DNA of 64,000 nt from a candidate division WWE3 bacterium RIFCSPHIGHO2_01_FULL_40_23. GTDB taxonomy: Bacteria > Patescibacteriota > WWE3 > UBA101185 > 2-01-FULL-41-18. Positions 17,510 through 26,969 of the stretch are shown here, in pieces (the stretch's first letter is position 1; every line of letters begins with the position of its first letter). The notes below the pieces were generated by a model. That model had not been told where the DNA came from. It made no database searches and saw nothing but the letters and a program-made list of their open reading frames with translations. Location: positions 108,283 to 172,282 of the forward strand of contig MEUZ01000007.1 in the NCBI GenBank assembly GCA_001772615.1, given 5' to 3'. The position numbers were made by a program, and so were the translations under genes.

Positions 17510-19273
17510 CTAAAAGTGGGAGAAGATTTGCTTCTCAGCGGTTTCGGCCGTGAATTTCGAAACCAGTTCTATCCGATCCGCGAACTCTTGGACAGTCGCG
17601 ATTGAGCTGGAACCAACATCGCACAAAATTACAAAGATGTTGATTTCCAATTCTTTCTTAACTGTTTTGAGAAAGCGGATAAACTCCGAGCTGACCGCGC
17701 ATTCGCCATCAGTGATGAGACAAATGTCGGCTTTTTTAAGGCCTTCTTCTTGAATCATCTCAATGGCTTTGCGCAGGGGTCGCTCAAAGTCAGTCCCGCC
17801 CCCTGCTTGGGCTTCGGCCAGCTCAAGCATTTGCTGGCCGGTCATCTGGCCCTGCGGATACACCTTTGACAGTTTTAGAACAGAGTCAAAGAGTATCCAG
17901 CCAAACGACCGTTTCTGGAGTTTTGCATAGTGAGCAAGAGACAACGTTGCTGCCTTTGCCCACTGTTGCTTTTCTCCCTCCATGGAACCCGATCCGTCTT
18001 CACAGACGATCACGGGGCCATGGCCCATCTTTTGCCGAACTTTCTGGCCATGAAGCCTAAGCTCCCCACGCGTCCACCTTTGAAGGGCTTTCGCGCGAAG
18101 AGCCGGGTGCACCAATGCAACCAACTCGGTCCTTTGAGCGCGCTTGAGATCGCGACCGGTTTCAACCGTTGCGACCCGCACGCCCTCCCCCGCGATTCTG
18201 GACCTAGCTTTGCGGGACGCGATCTTTCGAACACGCCCAAGCAAAGAAGCAAACTTTTTAAGCGCCTCGTTGCGCTTCATCCGTTCAAGTATCCCCAAAG
18301 TTTGCGGGATTCCCTGGCGGGTGAGTTCGCTTTCTTCCAAGCCCCAGGCCTCAATGGTTTCGGAAACCTCTTCCACCTTGGTCTGGGCATTGCGGACGGC
18401 TTGAAGTCCTATACGAGTCAGCTCACGCAGTTTTTCCTGCGCTTGCTGACTGCCGGGTTCCCCAAGCAGATCCCCTGCCAGTTTTTCGGCTTTAGCTTTT
18501 GCCAAATCAGCCTTTTGCTTTGCAGAATCCGCATTTGCTTTCGCATCGGCGGCTTCTTTAGCAAGCTGATCGGCAATTGCCCGCGCTTCCTCCTGGGTCA
18601 TACCAGAAGACAGCGCGCCCTCCATAGCTTCGTCAGAAGCGACGGAGGGTTGAGCCTGTTCCGAAGTCAACTGCCCTTGGCCGCCTGAGAGTTGACCACT
18701 TGGCTGTCCGCCTTGTGGTTGACCTCCCTGTTGACCTTGGGACTGACCCGAACCTTGTTGACCGGTCGCTTCCGCTGCAGCATCCGCCAACTGCTGAAGC
18801 ATCTGCGCTTGGGTTTGCGCCTGTTGCGCCTGTTCTTCAGCCTGATTGGCTTCCCCTTGAGCGGTTGCCTGCTCCCGGAGCTTTTGCCGATCCTCTTTTG
18901 GCACCAAAGCTAGGACGGATTCGCCCATTGCGACAGTCCCAAGGACCGACTTCAGCTCCGAAAGCGCCGTATCGGCATGAAGCTCCTGGTAAGCACCCGA
19001 TTTAAGGGCTTGCCCCAAAAGCTCCCACCAATACCGCCGATCGGCAGGGACCTCATCACTCACCTGCGGTTCTGGCGACCACAGGGTGTGATAAAGATCC
19101 AACAAGCAACCCTCAACTCCCGGAAGTGCCTCGGCACCTTTTTCTTCCAGTTCCGGGATTGAGGGTACATTCTCACGGTGACGGAGGTAACGCAGTGCCG
19201 TAAAGGCATCCGCGTCGGTCACCGCAAGCGCAAGTACTTCCTGCCGGGTGACCGGCCGTGGCCTAGTGGCCAT
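17510..19273 (-). CDS. von Willebrand factor A (vWA) domain protein with MIDAS motif; long Q/G/A-rich low-complexity and coiled-coil N-terminal half
   Basis: GGAGGAAGA RBS. C-terminal VIVCEDGSGSM (DxSxS MIDAS)...GGGTDFERPL...ICLITDGEC matches the vWA fold. Pairs with the upstream AAA+ gene as in RavA-ViaA / MoxR-vWA systems. Confidence 0.75.
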   Translation of the reverse strand: MATRPRPVTRQEVLALAVTDADAFTALRYLRHRENVPSIPELEEKGAEALPGVEGCLLDLYHTLWSPEPQVSDEVPADRRYWWELLGQALKSGAYQELHADTALSELKSVLGTVAMGESVLALVPKEDRQKLREQATAQGEANQAEEQAQQAQTQAQMLQQLADAAAEATGQQGSGQSQGQQGGQPQGGQPSGQLSGGQGQLTSEQAQPSVASDEAMEGALSSGMTQEEARAIADQLAKEAADAKANADSAKQKADLAKAKAEKLAGDLLGEPGSQQAQEKLRELTRIGLQAVRNAQTKVEEVSETIEAWGLEESELTRQGIPQTLGILERMKRNEALKKFASLLGRVRKIASRKARSRIAGEGVRVATVETGRDLKRAQRTELVALVHPALRAKALQRWTRGELRLHGQKVRQKMGHGPVIVCEDGSGSMEGEKQQWAKAATLSLAHYAKLQKRSFGWILFDSVLKLSKVYPQGQMTGQQMLELAEAQAGGGTDFERPLRKAIEMIQEEGLKKADICLITDGECAVSSEFIRFLKTVKKELEINIFVILCDVGSSSIATVQEFADRIELVSKFTAETAEKQIFSHF

Positions 19274-19287
19274 ATCTTCCTCCAGTT

Positions 19288-19354
19288 GTCATCGCGAGCG
19301 AAGCGTGACGATCTCGGCTTGATTGCTTCGGCCGCTCCGCTTCCTCGCAATGAC
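19288..19354. repeat. Family-2 palindromic repeat
   Basis: GTCATCGCGAGCGAAGCG...GATTGCTTCGGCCGCTCCGCTTCCTCGCAATGAC. Confidence 0.7.
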
Positions 19355-19359
19355 ATGAA

Positions 19360-20568
19360 TCACCTATTCGGTGCGATGAAAACCGCGATCACTTTCTGCT
19401 TCACGGCCTCCACCTGCTGGTGCAAATTGGCAATTTCCTGCCGCATTGCATCACCACCTTCCACCTCACCCTCAAGGCGCATCAGCTCTTTCACAGCGCT
19501 TTCGCACTGGGTCAGAGCCGCAACGCCCTTAGTGCGGTCACCACCCAAAACGATCTGAACGGTGCCGCCGGGGGCGAGGAGGCTGTCAACGAGCTCTTGG
19601 GCCTCCGTGAGCGCTGTCTGGGTATACGGCGCGAGCTTCGCCTTGACAACGGCGATTTGCTCGGGCGTATACCAGAGCAACCACTCAAGGACGACGAGGT
19701 CCTGCTTTCCAACCACTGTCCGACCGTTGAGCAAGGCGTTAGCCTGCATCACGTCGAACAGACGGCCGAAACGCCGATCGTCGTCCCAAGCCCACTTGAA
19801 GTCCGCCGAAGTGTCATCAACCAGCTCCTGGAGGATATCCAGGGTGGTGTCGATGATCGCCTCGGGGACCTCGACGAACAGACGAGCCTTGCGCAGAACC
19901 TCAACATCCGCCAGGGTTAACTGGGCGACTGCCTGACTCCGCGAGCTTGCGCGGTCGCGGCTGAGCCGAGCCTGCACAAGCTTCTTCTTCCCACCCCGAT
20001 CCAGTGGGTTCACCACAACACGGATGGTCATACGAGACCACACCGCACTAAGGTTTCCTTCCTGATCGGGCAGCTCGTTGCTAGCAGCGAGGAAAGCCAA
20101 TAATGGCGTTCTCACCATCTGGCCTTCATGCCTCACCCCATCGCCTTTAGAGAGATCGAGGAGAGTCTGAAGCACGCTGGCTTCCGACTTCCAGATCTCG
20201 TCGGCGAAGACGATGTGCGCGAGGGCCGCGCGCCCGAGCTGATCACGCGTTCGGATCTGCTTCCCACCATCCGCGGTCGGAACTTCTTCGATCGAGGTTG
20301 ACTCGACCAAAAGCTGTTCCACCGAGACGATGGTCGGCATGAGCGCGTCGTAAAAGACCGCGCCCGAAATCCGACGCACCAACGCCTGGATCGTTCCCGT
20401 CTTGTCAATCCCGGGCGATCCGAGGAAGAAAGCCGGACGACCAGACACGAGGGCAAGCCATGTTGCCCAAACGATATCGCTGCGCTGGATGTGGCTTGCT
20501 TCCACATCAGCGCTGATGTCCCTCACCTTGGGGGCAAGGGCTAAAGCCTCTTTTAGCAAGGCTTCCAT
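19360..20568 (-). CDS. MoxR/RavA-like AAA+ ATPase
   Basis: GAGGAGGTGGGG RBS. Walker A GSPGIDKT (GxPGxxK[ST] as in RavA), Walker B IVFADEI, sensor-1-like ASNELP. 402 aa. Confidence 0.7.
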   Translation of the reverse strand: MEALLKEALALAPKVRDISADVEASHIQRSDIVWATWLALVSGRPAFFLGSPGIDKTGTIQALVRRISGAVFYDALMPTIVSVEQLLVESTSIEEVPTADGGKQIRTRDQLGRAALAHIVFADEIWKSEASVLQTLLDLSKGDGVRHEGQMVRTPLLAFLAASNELPDQEGNLSAVWSRMTIRVVVNPLDRGGKKKLVQARLSRDRASSRSQAVAQLTLADVEVLRKARLFVEVPEAIIDTTLDILQELVDDTSADFKWAWDDDRRFGRLFDVMQANALLNGRTVVGKQDLVVLEWLLWYTPEQIAVVKAKLAPYTQTALTEAQELVDSLLAPGGTVQIVLGGDRTKGVAALTQCESAVKELMRLEGEVEGGDAMRQEIANLHQQVEAVKQKVIAVFIAPNR

Positions 20569-20753
20569 TTTTCCCCACCTCCTCGGGGGGGTATTCTAAT
20601 AATTGGGATTTGAAAGGTTTCCGGATTTACCGGAAAGAGGGTTTCTCCTCTCTAAAACTAAAACAACTGCGTTGAGTATAAATATTGTTTTAATCTTAGA
20701 GAGAAGGGCCAGCAGAAAGTATCTTTTGAATACATTGCTGACCCAGGCAATCC

Positions 20754-21096
20754 TTATATCTCCTCGAATTCAAAATGAAGCGCTTTAATCCGGCGGAACT
20801 CAACAAACTTGTACCACCGCCCTTTAACGCTCACTTCCCCTTCAGCCGGTGGAACCTGTTGCATTTGGGCCCACAAAGGCTTGACGCCAAGTTCCACGAG
20901 CTTTGCGATCACGGAGAGGGGAGCCCACGACAACGATGTCATCGTAACCACCACTACGAAACCGCACGACGATATCCTCAGCCGATGAAAACGGCTTCGG
21001 ATCCTTCACCACCTCAACCTCACCAAAAATCCGCTTGAGAGCAGAAATCTGAGAGGGGAGGGGCTCATGCTGGGACATCCACAAGATCTTCTTCAT
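20754..21096 (-). pseudogene. small hypothetical gene apparently split by a frameshift (or assembly indel) near 20950
   Basis: GGGAGG RBS before MKKILWMSQHEP... (ORF 20842-21144). The protein-like sequence continues in another frame (ORF 20754-20954). The in-frame continuation of the first piece is R/G-rich junk. Confidence 0.35.
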
Positions 21097-21277
21097 TTTT
21101 TGGGCCTCCCGTTTCCGATCAGTATAGTTGCTATTTTCCAGCACCAGCTATACCAATCGGTTTTGGCACTTTGGGTTTCGATCCAAGCTCGCCATCTATC
21201 ATGCGAGTCGGTTCTTCGCATCAATCTCCCAGCGAGAATCTTAAACCAAAGTTTTAAGAACTCCCAGAGGACCTCAA

Positions 21278-21553
21278 TCATTTCTCACCTCCGCGGAGTT
21301 CTTCCACCGCTTTTTTGAAAGCTTCTTCTCCTTCATCGCGACGGATAACTGCCAACCAGCGCGTACCCTTGGCAAAAGTCAGATTCGTCATCTGATCTTT
21401 TCCCATCAAACGCGTATACAAGCCAGCCGCATCAAACGAAGCCGATGGGGATTTGGATCCTGCAATTTCAATCGCCTTCTCAATATCTTTCCCATCGACC
21501 CTTCCCTCCTTATACAGAAGGGTCAAAAACTGGACACCGGTACGAGCATCCAT
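21278..21553 (-). CDS. small hypothetical protein
   Basis: AAAGGAG RBS; 91 aa. Confidence 0.55.
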   Translation of the reverse strand: MDARTGVQFLTLLYKEGRVDGKDIEKAIEIAGSKSPSASFDAAGLYTRLMGKDQMTNLTFAKGTRWLAVIRRDEGEEAFKKAVEELRGGEK

Positions 21554-21710
21554 CTTAAATCTCCTTTTTTTAATGGGCCAATATCAATATTAAGAAAAAG
21601 GTTATTCACCTCACAGAATTTTCTATTAACTAAATTGAAATAAAAAACTCTGAGAAAGGCTTAAGAGACTGGATTTACCAAAATCTTAAGCCTATGTGTG
21701 GGTCAGGATC

Positions 21711-22175
21711 TCAAACGGCGTACCGCCCGTCAGAAAGCGTGTACACCAAATCCCTCCTTTCACCAGCTAAACACTTGGCCCCCGCACTCTCCATAATTTC
21801 CGGAGTGAGCTGGACCCAGCCTTCCCCTGGTGAAGAAAGACCGAGGGTTGCCACCTTAAACATCTGGCTGTTCCAGTCTTGCGAAAGCCAGAACGTCCAG
21901 GAAGCGGCCTGATCTTCCGAAACCCACTCGGGAAGATCGAGCCGAAAGCCAGCAATCGCGGTTACGGCGATCATTGGCTCTATTCTCCCCTCCTCCCCAA
22001 ACCGGAAACCATGTGTTTCCTGGTAAGGTGGGGAAGGGTTTACCTCCCAACTCCCGTCGATGAAAGCGACAACGTCGCCCACGACGAGAGCTCCTTCTCT
22101 GCCTTCGACAGACAGAGCACGGACCGATGATCCGAGCTGCTGCCACTCAACGGCAGACGGGTATCTGATCTTCAT
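21711..22175 (-). CDS. hypothetical protein
   Basis: AAAGGAG RBS 8 nt upstream; 154 aa. Confidence 0.55.
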   Translation of the reverse strand: MKIRYPSAVEWQQLGSSVRALSVEGREGALVVGDVVAFIDGSWEVNPSPPYQETHGFRFGEEGRIEPMIAVTAIAGFRLDLPEWVSEDQAASWTFWLSQDWNSQMFKVATLGLSSPGEGWVQLTPEIMESAGAKCLAGERRDLVYTLSDGRYAV

Positions 22176-22271
22176 CTCAACACTCCTTTGTTTCCCGTCG
22201 GGCTCAAGGCCTTAATGGGATGTTGTTGAATGATTTCTTCTTTGAGCTTTCGCTCTCAAAATCTTCCATTA

Positions 22272-22361
22272 GATTGCTTCGCTACGCCTGCCTGCCGGCA
22301 GGCAGGCTCGCAATGACTTTAAACCAGGTCATTGCGAGGCTACAAAGTAGCCGAAGCAATC
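22272..22361. repeat. Family-2 palindromic repeat (extended, with CTGCCTGCCGGCAGGCAGG core)
   Basis: GATTGCTTCGCTACGCCTGCCTGCCGGCAGGCAGGCTCGCAATGAC...GTCATTGCGAGGCTACAAAGTAGCCGAAGCAATC. Confidence 0.75.
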
Positions 22362-22585
22362 TTGAGTAAATGGAAAACTTTAAGAGCGAGCCGACAGAAG
22401 AAGTACAAAGTACATTCCAAATTCTGTCGGCTCTAAGAGATAAATTGCTTTGTTGGTTTGATTTCTAATCGACGTTAGCGCGTCGTCAGGCTCAAACCTT
22501 CCTAAAAGCCTTTGGTTTCGGGTTCGGGTTAGAAGATCCAGGAATTAAGTCTCTCCCTTTTCTTCACCCCCGATTCCATTTTACT

Positions 22586-23851
22586 TTAAAGCGGAAACGG
22601 AATCACACTCCCAACAGGAACCTGGCTATCGTTTGAAAAAACAACGACAGCAGGCCCATGGCTGGGGTGAAGTTCGCTCCACTTTTTCCCGCTGACGGTG
22701 CGGGAAGACTCCCCAGGTTCAAATACAGCAACCCAGGAAGTTCCAGATTTGGTGTAGGACCTGGCGATAGCGCCGGTTAGCCACCGTGGCGCCTTGCCCG
22801 AAATCACTATACCCTTCTCCGTTTTCACGGAGGGCGGGATCACCAAGGGCAAATTCTTTACATCAAAAATCTGCCCGGGGATGCCAAACTCGACAAGAGT
22901 ATGATCATCCCTCTCCTCAACCCGCCAGTTGAGAAGTTGGCTGCCCTCACCCTGCGGTTCAACCTCCGGTATTCCTACATAACCCCAAGCTACCTTGGGA
23001 TCATAATAGAATACCTTCGTTGACTTTAGCCCGCAGGCGAGGGCATGGTATGGGGCTCCAAGCGGCGTGTTTCCCCAGAGGCACACCTTGCTTTGGCCGG
23101 CAACCTTTGCCGATACCATTGCAAGTAGCCCGGGGAGAACCGCCGGGAGCCAATCCCGATCCGATCCGCCATTTCGGACAGGGAGATTCAGACCCTCAGC
23201 CAGTCGCGGAAAGTTCACATCCGCAAGCTCGGACCCATCGGTCCAAGGCTCTGGCTGACCCGCAAGCTTTATTAAAAGCTCGGCCACCGCGCGGGCAGTC
23301 GGTGACCCAATCGGTGGCGTTTCCCGCTCAAGCCTCGTAATTCTGGCTTTGAGTGGAGCCCCCGTCTCAAACACCTCGTCCTCGGCCCCGACCAGAACCG
23401 ACTCCAGAATCGCCAAGGGTTTTACCCCAAGGCGCCCCGCTTCGGAAATCCAAGTCGGAACCACCTCGTCATATTTCGGCGACGCAATCACCAGAAGGTA
23501 ATCGCACCCCGAAAGAATGCGCTCGTTTTGGGAAGTCAGTTTAACCCCTGTCGGGGAAAACCTCCCTTCCACATCGAGCAACATCCCGCCAAGGTCGACG
23601 AGAGTCACGGGCATTCGGGAGTTGCGAACCGAGTCAACGACCCAGTCCACAAACCCATCAAGAAACTTGCCCTTGCGGCGAACCGCCTTGACAAGTTCCG
23701 GGTCCGCTTCAAAGCTCCAGCCGGTGATGCCCTCACCGTCAGGAGCCGCCTCAACGACGACAAAACTATCGCGAGGCAGAAGGGTCCGAAGCAGACCCAT
23801 GAGAACAGTCTTCCCCGAGTGGGGAGGACCGCCGATGGCCACTTTGACCAT
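22586..23851 (-). CDS. P-loop NTPase domain fused to an uncharacterised C-terminal domain
   Basis: AAGGAGGAGG RBS before MVKVAIGGPPHSGKTVLMGLL (Walker A GxxxxGKT); Walker-B-like LVDLGG. The C-terminal ~220 aa has no motif I recognise. Confidence 0.6.
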   Translation of the reverse strand: MVKVAIGGPPHSGKTVLMGLLRTLLPRDSFVVVEAAPDGEGITGWSFEADPELVKAVRRKGKFLDGFVDWVVDSVRNSRMPVTLVDLGGMLLDVEGRFSPTGVKLTSQNERILSGCDYLLVIASPKYDEVVPTWISEAGRLGVKPLAILESVLVGAEDEVFETGAPLKARITRLERETPPIGSPTARAVAELLIKLAGQPEPWTDGSELADVNFPRLAEGLNLPVRNGGSDRDWLPAVLPGLLAMVSAKVAGQSKVCLWGNTPLGAPYHALACGLKSTKVFYYDPKVAWGYVGIPEVEPQGEGSQLLNWRVEERDDHTLVEFGIPGQIFDVKNLPLVIPPSVKTEKGIVISGKAPRWLTGAIARSYTKSGTSWVAVFEPGESSRTVSGKKWSELHPSHGPAVVVFSNDSQVPVGSVIPFPL

Positions 23852-24124
23852 TTCCTCCTCCTTTTGGGGAGATAATCGAAGGGCGAATTCCCTTCTTAAC
23901 ATTTTGTTTAGTAAGTTTGATCAGCGTTAACTTACATCCGGTTAGTCTTCCGGAGAGCGCGGCAGTTGCGGAAAGAAAACCTGCTCAAGGTTAACTTTCC
24001 GTCCCTAATTCAAGTATGGCTGGGCTGACCCTTCCATTGTTTCATGAAGATTAAACTGCATCTCCACTACTCCATTCGATATTGCTATCGAAACTTAATT
24101 TGACAATCAGGGATTTGTAAAAAA

Positions 24125-25009
24125 CTAGGCCTTGGTCTCGCAGGTGGCCGAGGTGATGGCCAGGCGGAAAACCTGCCCACCTGGGAAGGCCACCGAGATG
24201 GTGCCCTCGCCGGCCTCGACCGAAACGCCATACGTACCGAGCTCGCTCGCCAATTGGCGAAGAGTCCCGGCGGTGGCGTCCGACTGCCACTTGGCAGTCA
24301 TGTTCGTGCCCCACAGGCGCATGTCCTGGGGGTCCACGATCTCACCAACGTGGAACGCCTTGTCGGCGCCACTGGCGAGGCGGATGGTCCGCGGCCAGCT
24401 CTCCGAAAGGCCGTGAATCGTCGCGGCTTGGAGAGCCGCGGCAAGACCGGCGCCCGCGGGGAGGTATAAAACCCGCCGCGAGGCCCAGTCGGCCTTGGTC
24501 AAACCGGTTGCGATCAGCCGGTCGACCATACCCTTGGTCGGGTCGGCCCAGTCGATTTGGCCGACGTTCGCGTCAATGGCGCGAATTTCCTCGACCGCCA
24601 CGTCGAGGATTTGGGCAAGCTCCCCAAGCTGCCCAGCGCTCATCCCCCGCCCGGACCCGTCCAAGACGGTGTAGCCGAGAAACGCTTCCCCTTGGGGGAC
24701 ATCACCGCGGCGACTGCGGACCGCCTGATGGCGGTAGCCACCGAGGTCCAAAACCCCCACCCGCTCGGCCTTTTGGCCGATCGAGTACAACGTCAGCGTC
24801 GGCAGTCCGCTGACCATTTCCAACCCCGCCGTGGCCAAAATGGCCGCCACGGCCTGCCCGGGAAGCGCGACCTCGCCCGCGGTCCGAAGACCGGGGCCGG
24901 CGGACTCCAAAATCTTTTGGACCTGGGCCAAAAAGTTCTGGCCAAAGTCCAGGGTTGCCGGCACGACCACGTCGGCCGGCAGGGCCAGATGAAACGAAAA
25001 TTTGGTCAT
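24125..25009 (-). CDS. hypothetical protein, possible ASKHA (actin/sugar-kinase-like) ATPase fold
   Basis: AAGGAGAAATCTC RBS. Gly-rich phosphate-loop-like segments VGVLDLGGYRH and YTVLDGSGRGMSAG. The fold call is weak. Confidence 0.45.
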   Translation of the reverse strand: MTKFSFHLALPADVVVPATLDFGQNFLAQVQKILESAGPGLRTAGEVALPGQAVAAILATAGLEMVSGLPTLTLYSIGQKAERVGVLDLGGYRHQAVRSRRGDVPQGEAFLGYTVLDGSGRGMSAGQLGELAQILDVAVEEIRAIDANVGQIDWADPTKGMVDRLIATGLTKADWASRRVLYLPAGAGLAAALQAATIHGLSESWPRTIRLASGADKAFHVGEIVDPQDMRLWGTNMTAKWQSDATAGTLRQLASELGTYGVSVEAGEGTISVAFPGGQVFRLAITSATCETKA

Positions 25010-25212
25010 GAGATTTCTCCTTTCTTCCTAGCCAACACTAATCCTTCCTGTTTTGTTTAAATCCCTCGGACGAAGCTATCCTTGGAAACAGAAAGGTTGA
25101 TAAATCCTGAATCTGCTCCAACTAAATTTTTGCCGTCACAAAAATCCGGTTGGAGAAAATCCAACGAATATACCCAATCCTTTAGTTTTTATTTCTAATC
25201 TGAACTTATGAA

Positions 25213-25264
25213 CGTCATCCTGAACTCGATTCAGGATCTAGATCCTGACTTGCGTCAGGATGAC
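25213..25264. repeat. Family-1 nested palindromic repeat
   Basis: GTCATCCTGAACTCGATTCAGGATCTAGATCCTGACTTGCGTCAGGATGACA. Confidence 0.7.
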
Positions 25265-25544
25265 AATTAGTAAGGACTTTTCAGAATGGGAACTTAAAAT
25301 GAAATTTCCAATCCGCAGAGCTCTTGCCAGCCATGCGACTTTAACTCAAAGTTAGAAGCCCACGCACCTTTAGTTGCGAGATACGGATTGGAATAAGAAA
25401 TGATTGCTGCCGTCTTCTCCGGAGTTAATTATTTTGATTACTCCAAAGAAAACCGGTCATAGGCAAATATTTTCCAAAGGGTATCTTTGGCCTTTTGTAA
25501 TTCCCGCCGCGAATACCACTGGAGGTTTCGCCTTTGCCATTTGT

Positions 25545-26012
25545 AGTGGCGGGAAGCTCAAGGATTTTATTAGTCTCGTCCGGGTTTCTCTATCCTCTTT
25601 GAGGTTCCACCGGGCGCCTTCGGCATTTCACAACAGCTTTTTTCAACTTATGAAGAGATACTTCACAAGTACTGTTGGATATTTGGGGCCGATTAGGTTG
25701 CATGCTTTTATGCATGGGGTATCCCAAACCCCGGGTGACTTGTTTTTAACCTTACCTGGGTCGATTCACCATTTCCCAGTACCAATACTTATCGCTTTTT
25801 AGGCGCCTTGGCAGGGCTATGCAATTTTAACGAAGGCATATCCTTCGGATAATCTATTTCGTGATTATCAATGTACGGGATTTACCCATCCTTGCGGATT
25901 GGGTTTCCTCTAATCGCCGGATCCTTCGGACCTGCCCACTGAAAAGTGGACTTGTCCTCCGTAGCCTTGGCGAAGGAGGATGAGTGACAAAGCCTAAATC
26001 CCTTCAGGCTTC
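25545..26012 (-). ncRNA. rnpB: Structured RNA with RNase P RNA hallmark motifs (candidate rnpB)
   Basis: Minus strand, 5'->3' in canonical order: GGAGGACAAGUCC (P4 5' strand-like), GGGCAGG, GAGGAAACCCA, CAGGUAAGG, UUCAUAAG, AGAGAAACCCGGAC (P4 3' strand-like). No protein-like ORF spans it; ORF 25404-25802 lies over it and is probably spurious. The P4 pairing is imperfect in my hand alignment. Confidence 0.45.
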
Positions 26013-26018
26013 GGGGGG

Positions 26019-26258
26019 CTAGTCGGCATGCATGACCTCTTCATGCACCCGGATCGCTTCCGCGATCAGGGCGTTGAAGTCGGTCGCCGGGTCCACGTGA
26101 AAAACCTGCACATAGACCGTAGGGCGGCCCTCTTTGACTGGATAAACCAGTCGGAAGGCCCCAACCTCGGCTACCCGATTCCCCCCATCAAATACCACCA
26201 CATTGTGGAGGTACTCCCCAGTCCGGTAGTTCCGGACGGGGACAAAGCTAAGACTCAT
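26019..26258 (-). CDS. small hypothetical protein
   Basis: AAGGAGGG RBS before MSLSFVPVRNY; 79 aa. Confidence 0.5.
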   Translation of the reverse strand: MSLSFVPVRNYRTGEYLHNVVVFDGGNRVAEVGAFRLVYPVKEGRPTVYVQVFHVDPATDFNALIAEAIRVHEEVMHAD

Positions 26259-26439
26259 CTTCAACCCTCCTTTCCTGCTCAAGGCTCATCCGCCTATGGC
26301 GGACGGTTGCGATTACTTAAATCGCAAGGAGCATGCCCACCCAGTGGACGAAGGAAGAAAATGAGTAATTGCCCACCCGATTTTGATAAGCAAATACTCA
26401 TCTTCTTTACTAAACTCTTGCTTTCAAAATTTTCTATAA

Positions 26440-26505
26440 GATTGCTTCGCTCCGCTCGCAATGACGTTAAACTAGGTCATAGCGAGGCTACAAAGTAGCT
26501 GAAGC
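26440..26505. repeat. Family-2 palindromic repeat
   Basis: GATTGCTTCGCTCCGCTCGCAATGAC...GTCATAGCGAGGCTACAAAGTAGCTGAAGC. Confidence 0.7.
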
Positions 26506-26969
26506 TTGAATAAATAAAAAACTTTGAAAGTGAGCCGACGGCAGGAATAGTACCTGTAGTTTACATCGGCTCAGAGATTTATTGCTTGCCATTTTCCCTT
26601 CAACCGTTACCGGATGTCGGGCACAACCCAATAGATTAACTTAAGTTTTGATCTCGCCTAAGATCTCACTTAAGAGCCGTTTCCTTTTTCATCACTCCGC
26701 GCGGTCCCCAGGGTAAGGTCTTAACCCGTAACCGCTTTGCGCTCATGCTTATCCCTCCGTCTCTATCAGGCGTTCAGGAGGTGCTCATCAGCCGCATGAG
26801 ATCGGTCCGTTCCGTTTGCTCTTCAAGGCTCTCCCTAAAGGAAAGCTCAAACGGAACTTTCCTCAGGGAGCCTCTTCACAAGAAACGAAGAGACCGTTCG
26901 CCTTAACCGGTTTTTCGCACATGGTGCCATGTTTCCGGAAAGGCAGGGTTTGCTGATAACCCTTTCACA

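Noticed and set aside
17930-18688. 252-aa plus-strand ORF, and many other 60-170 aa ORFs on the opposite strand of island genes (18144-18404, 18700-19005, 19420-19920, 19562-19936, 20133-20507, 23020-23340, 23517-23930, 24132-24416, 24557-25060, 26982-27453)
   Set aside because: They are antisense or out-of-frame overlaps of longer SD-preceded genes in 60% GC DNA, where stop codons are rare. Their translations are Arg/Pro/Gly/Ala-rich low-complexity sequences.
25404-25802. 132-aa plus-strand ORF
   Set aside because: It overlaps the RNase P RNA-like element. It has no SD, and its sequence is hydrophobic and His-rich junk.
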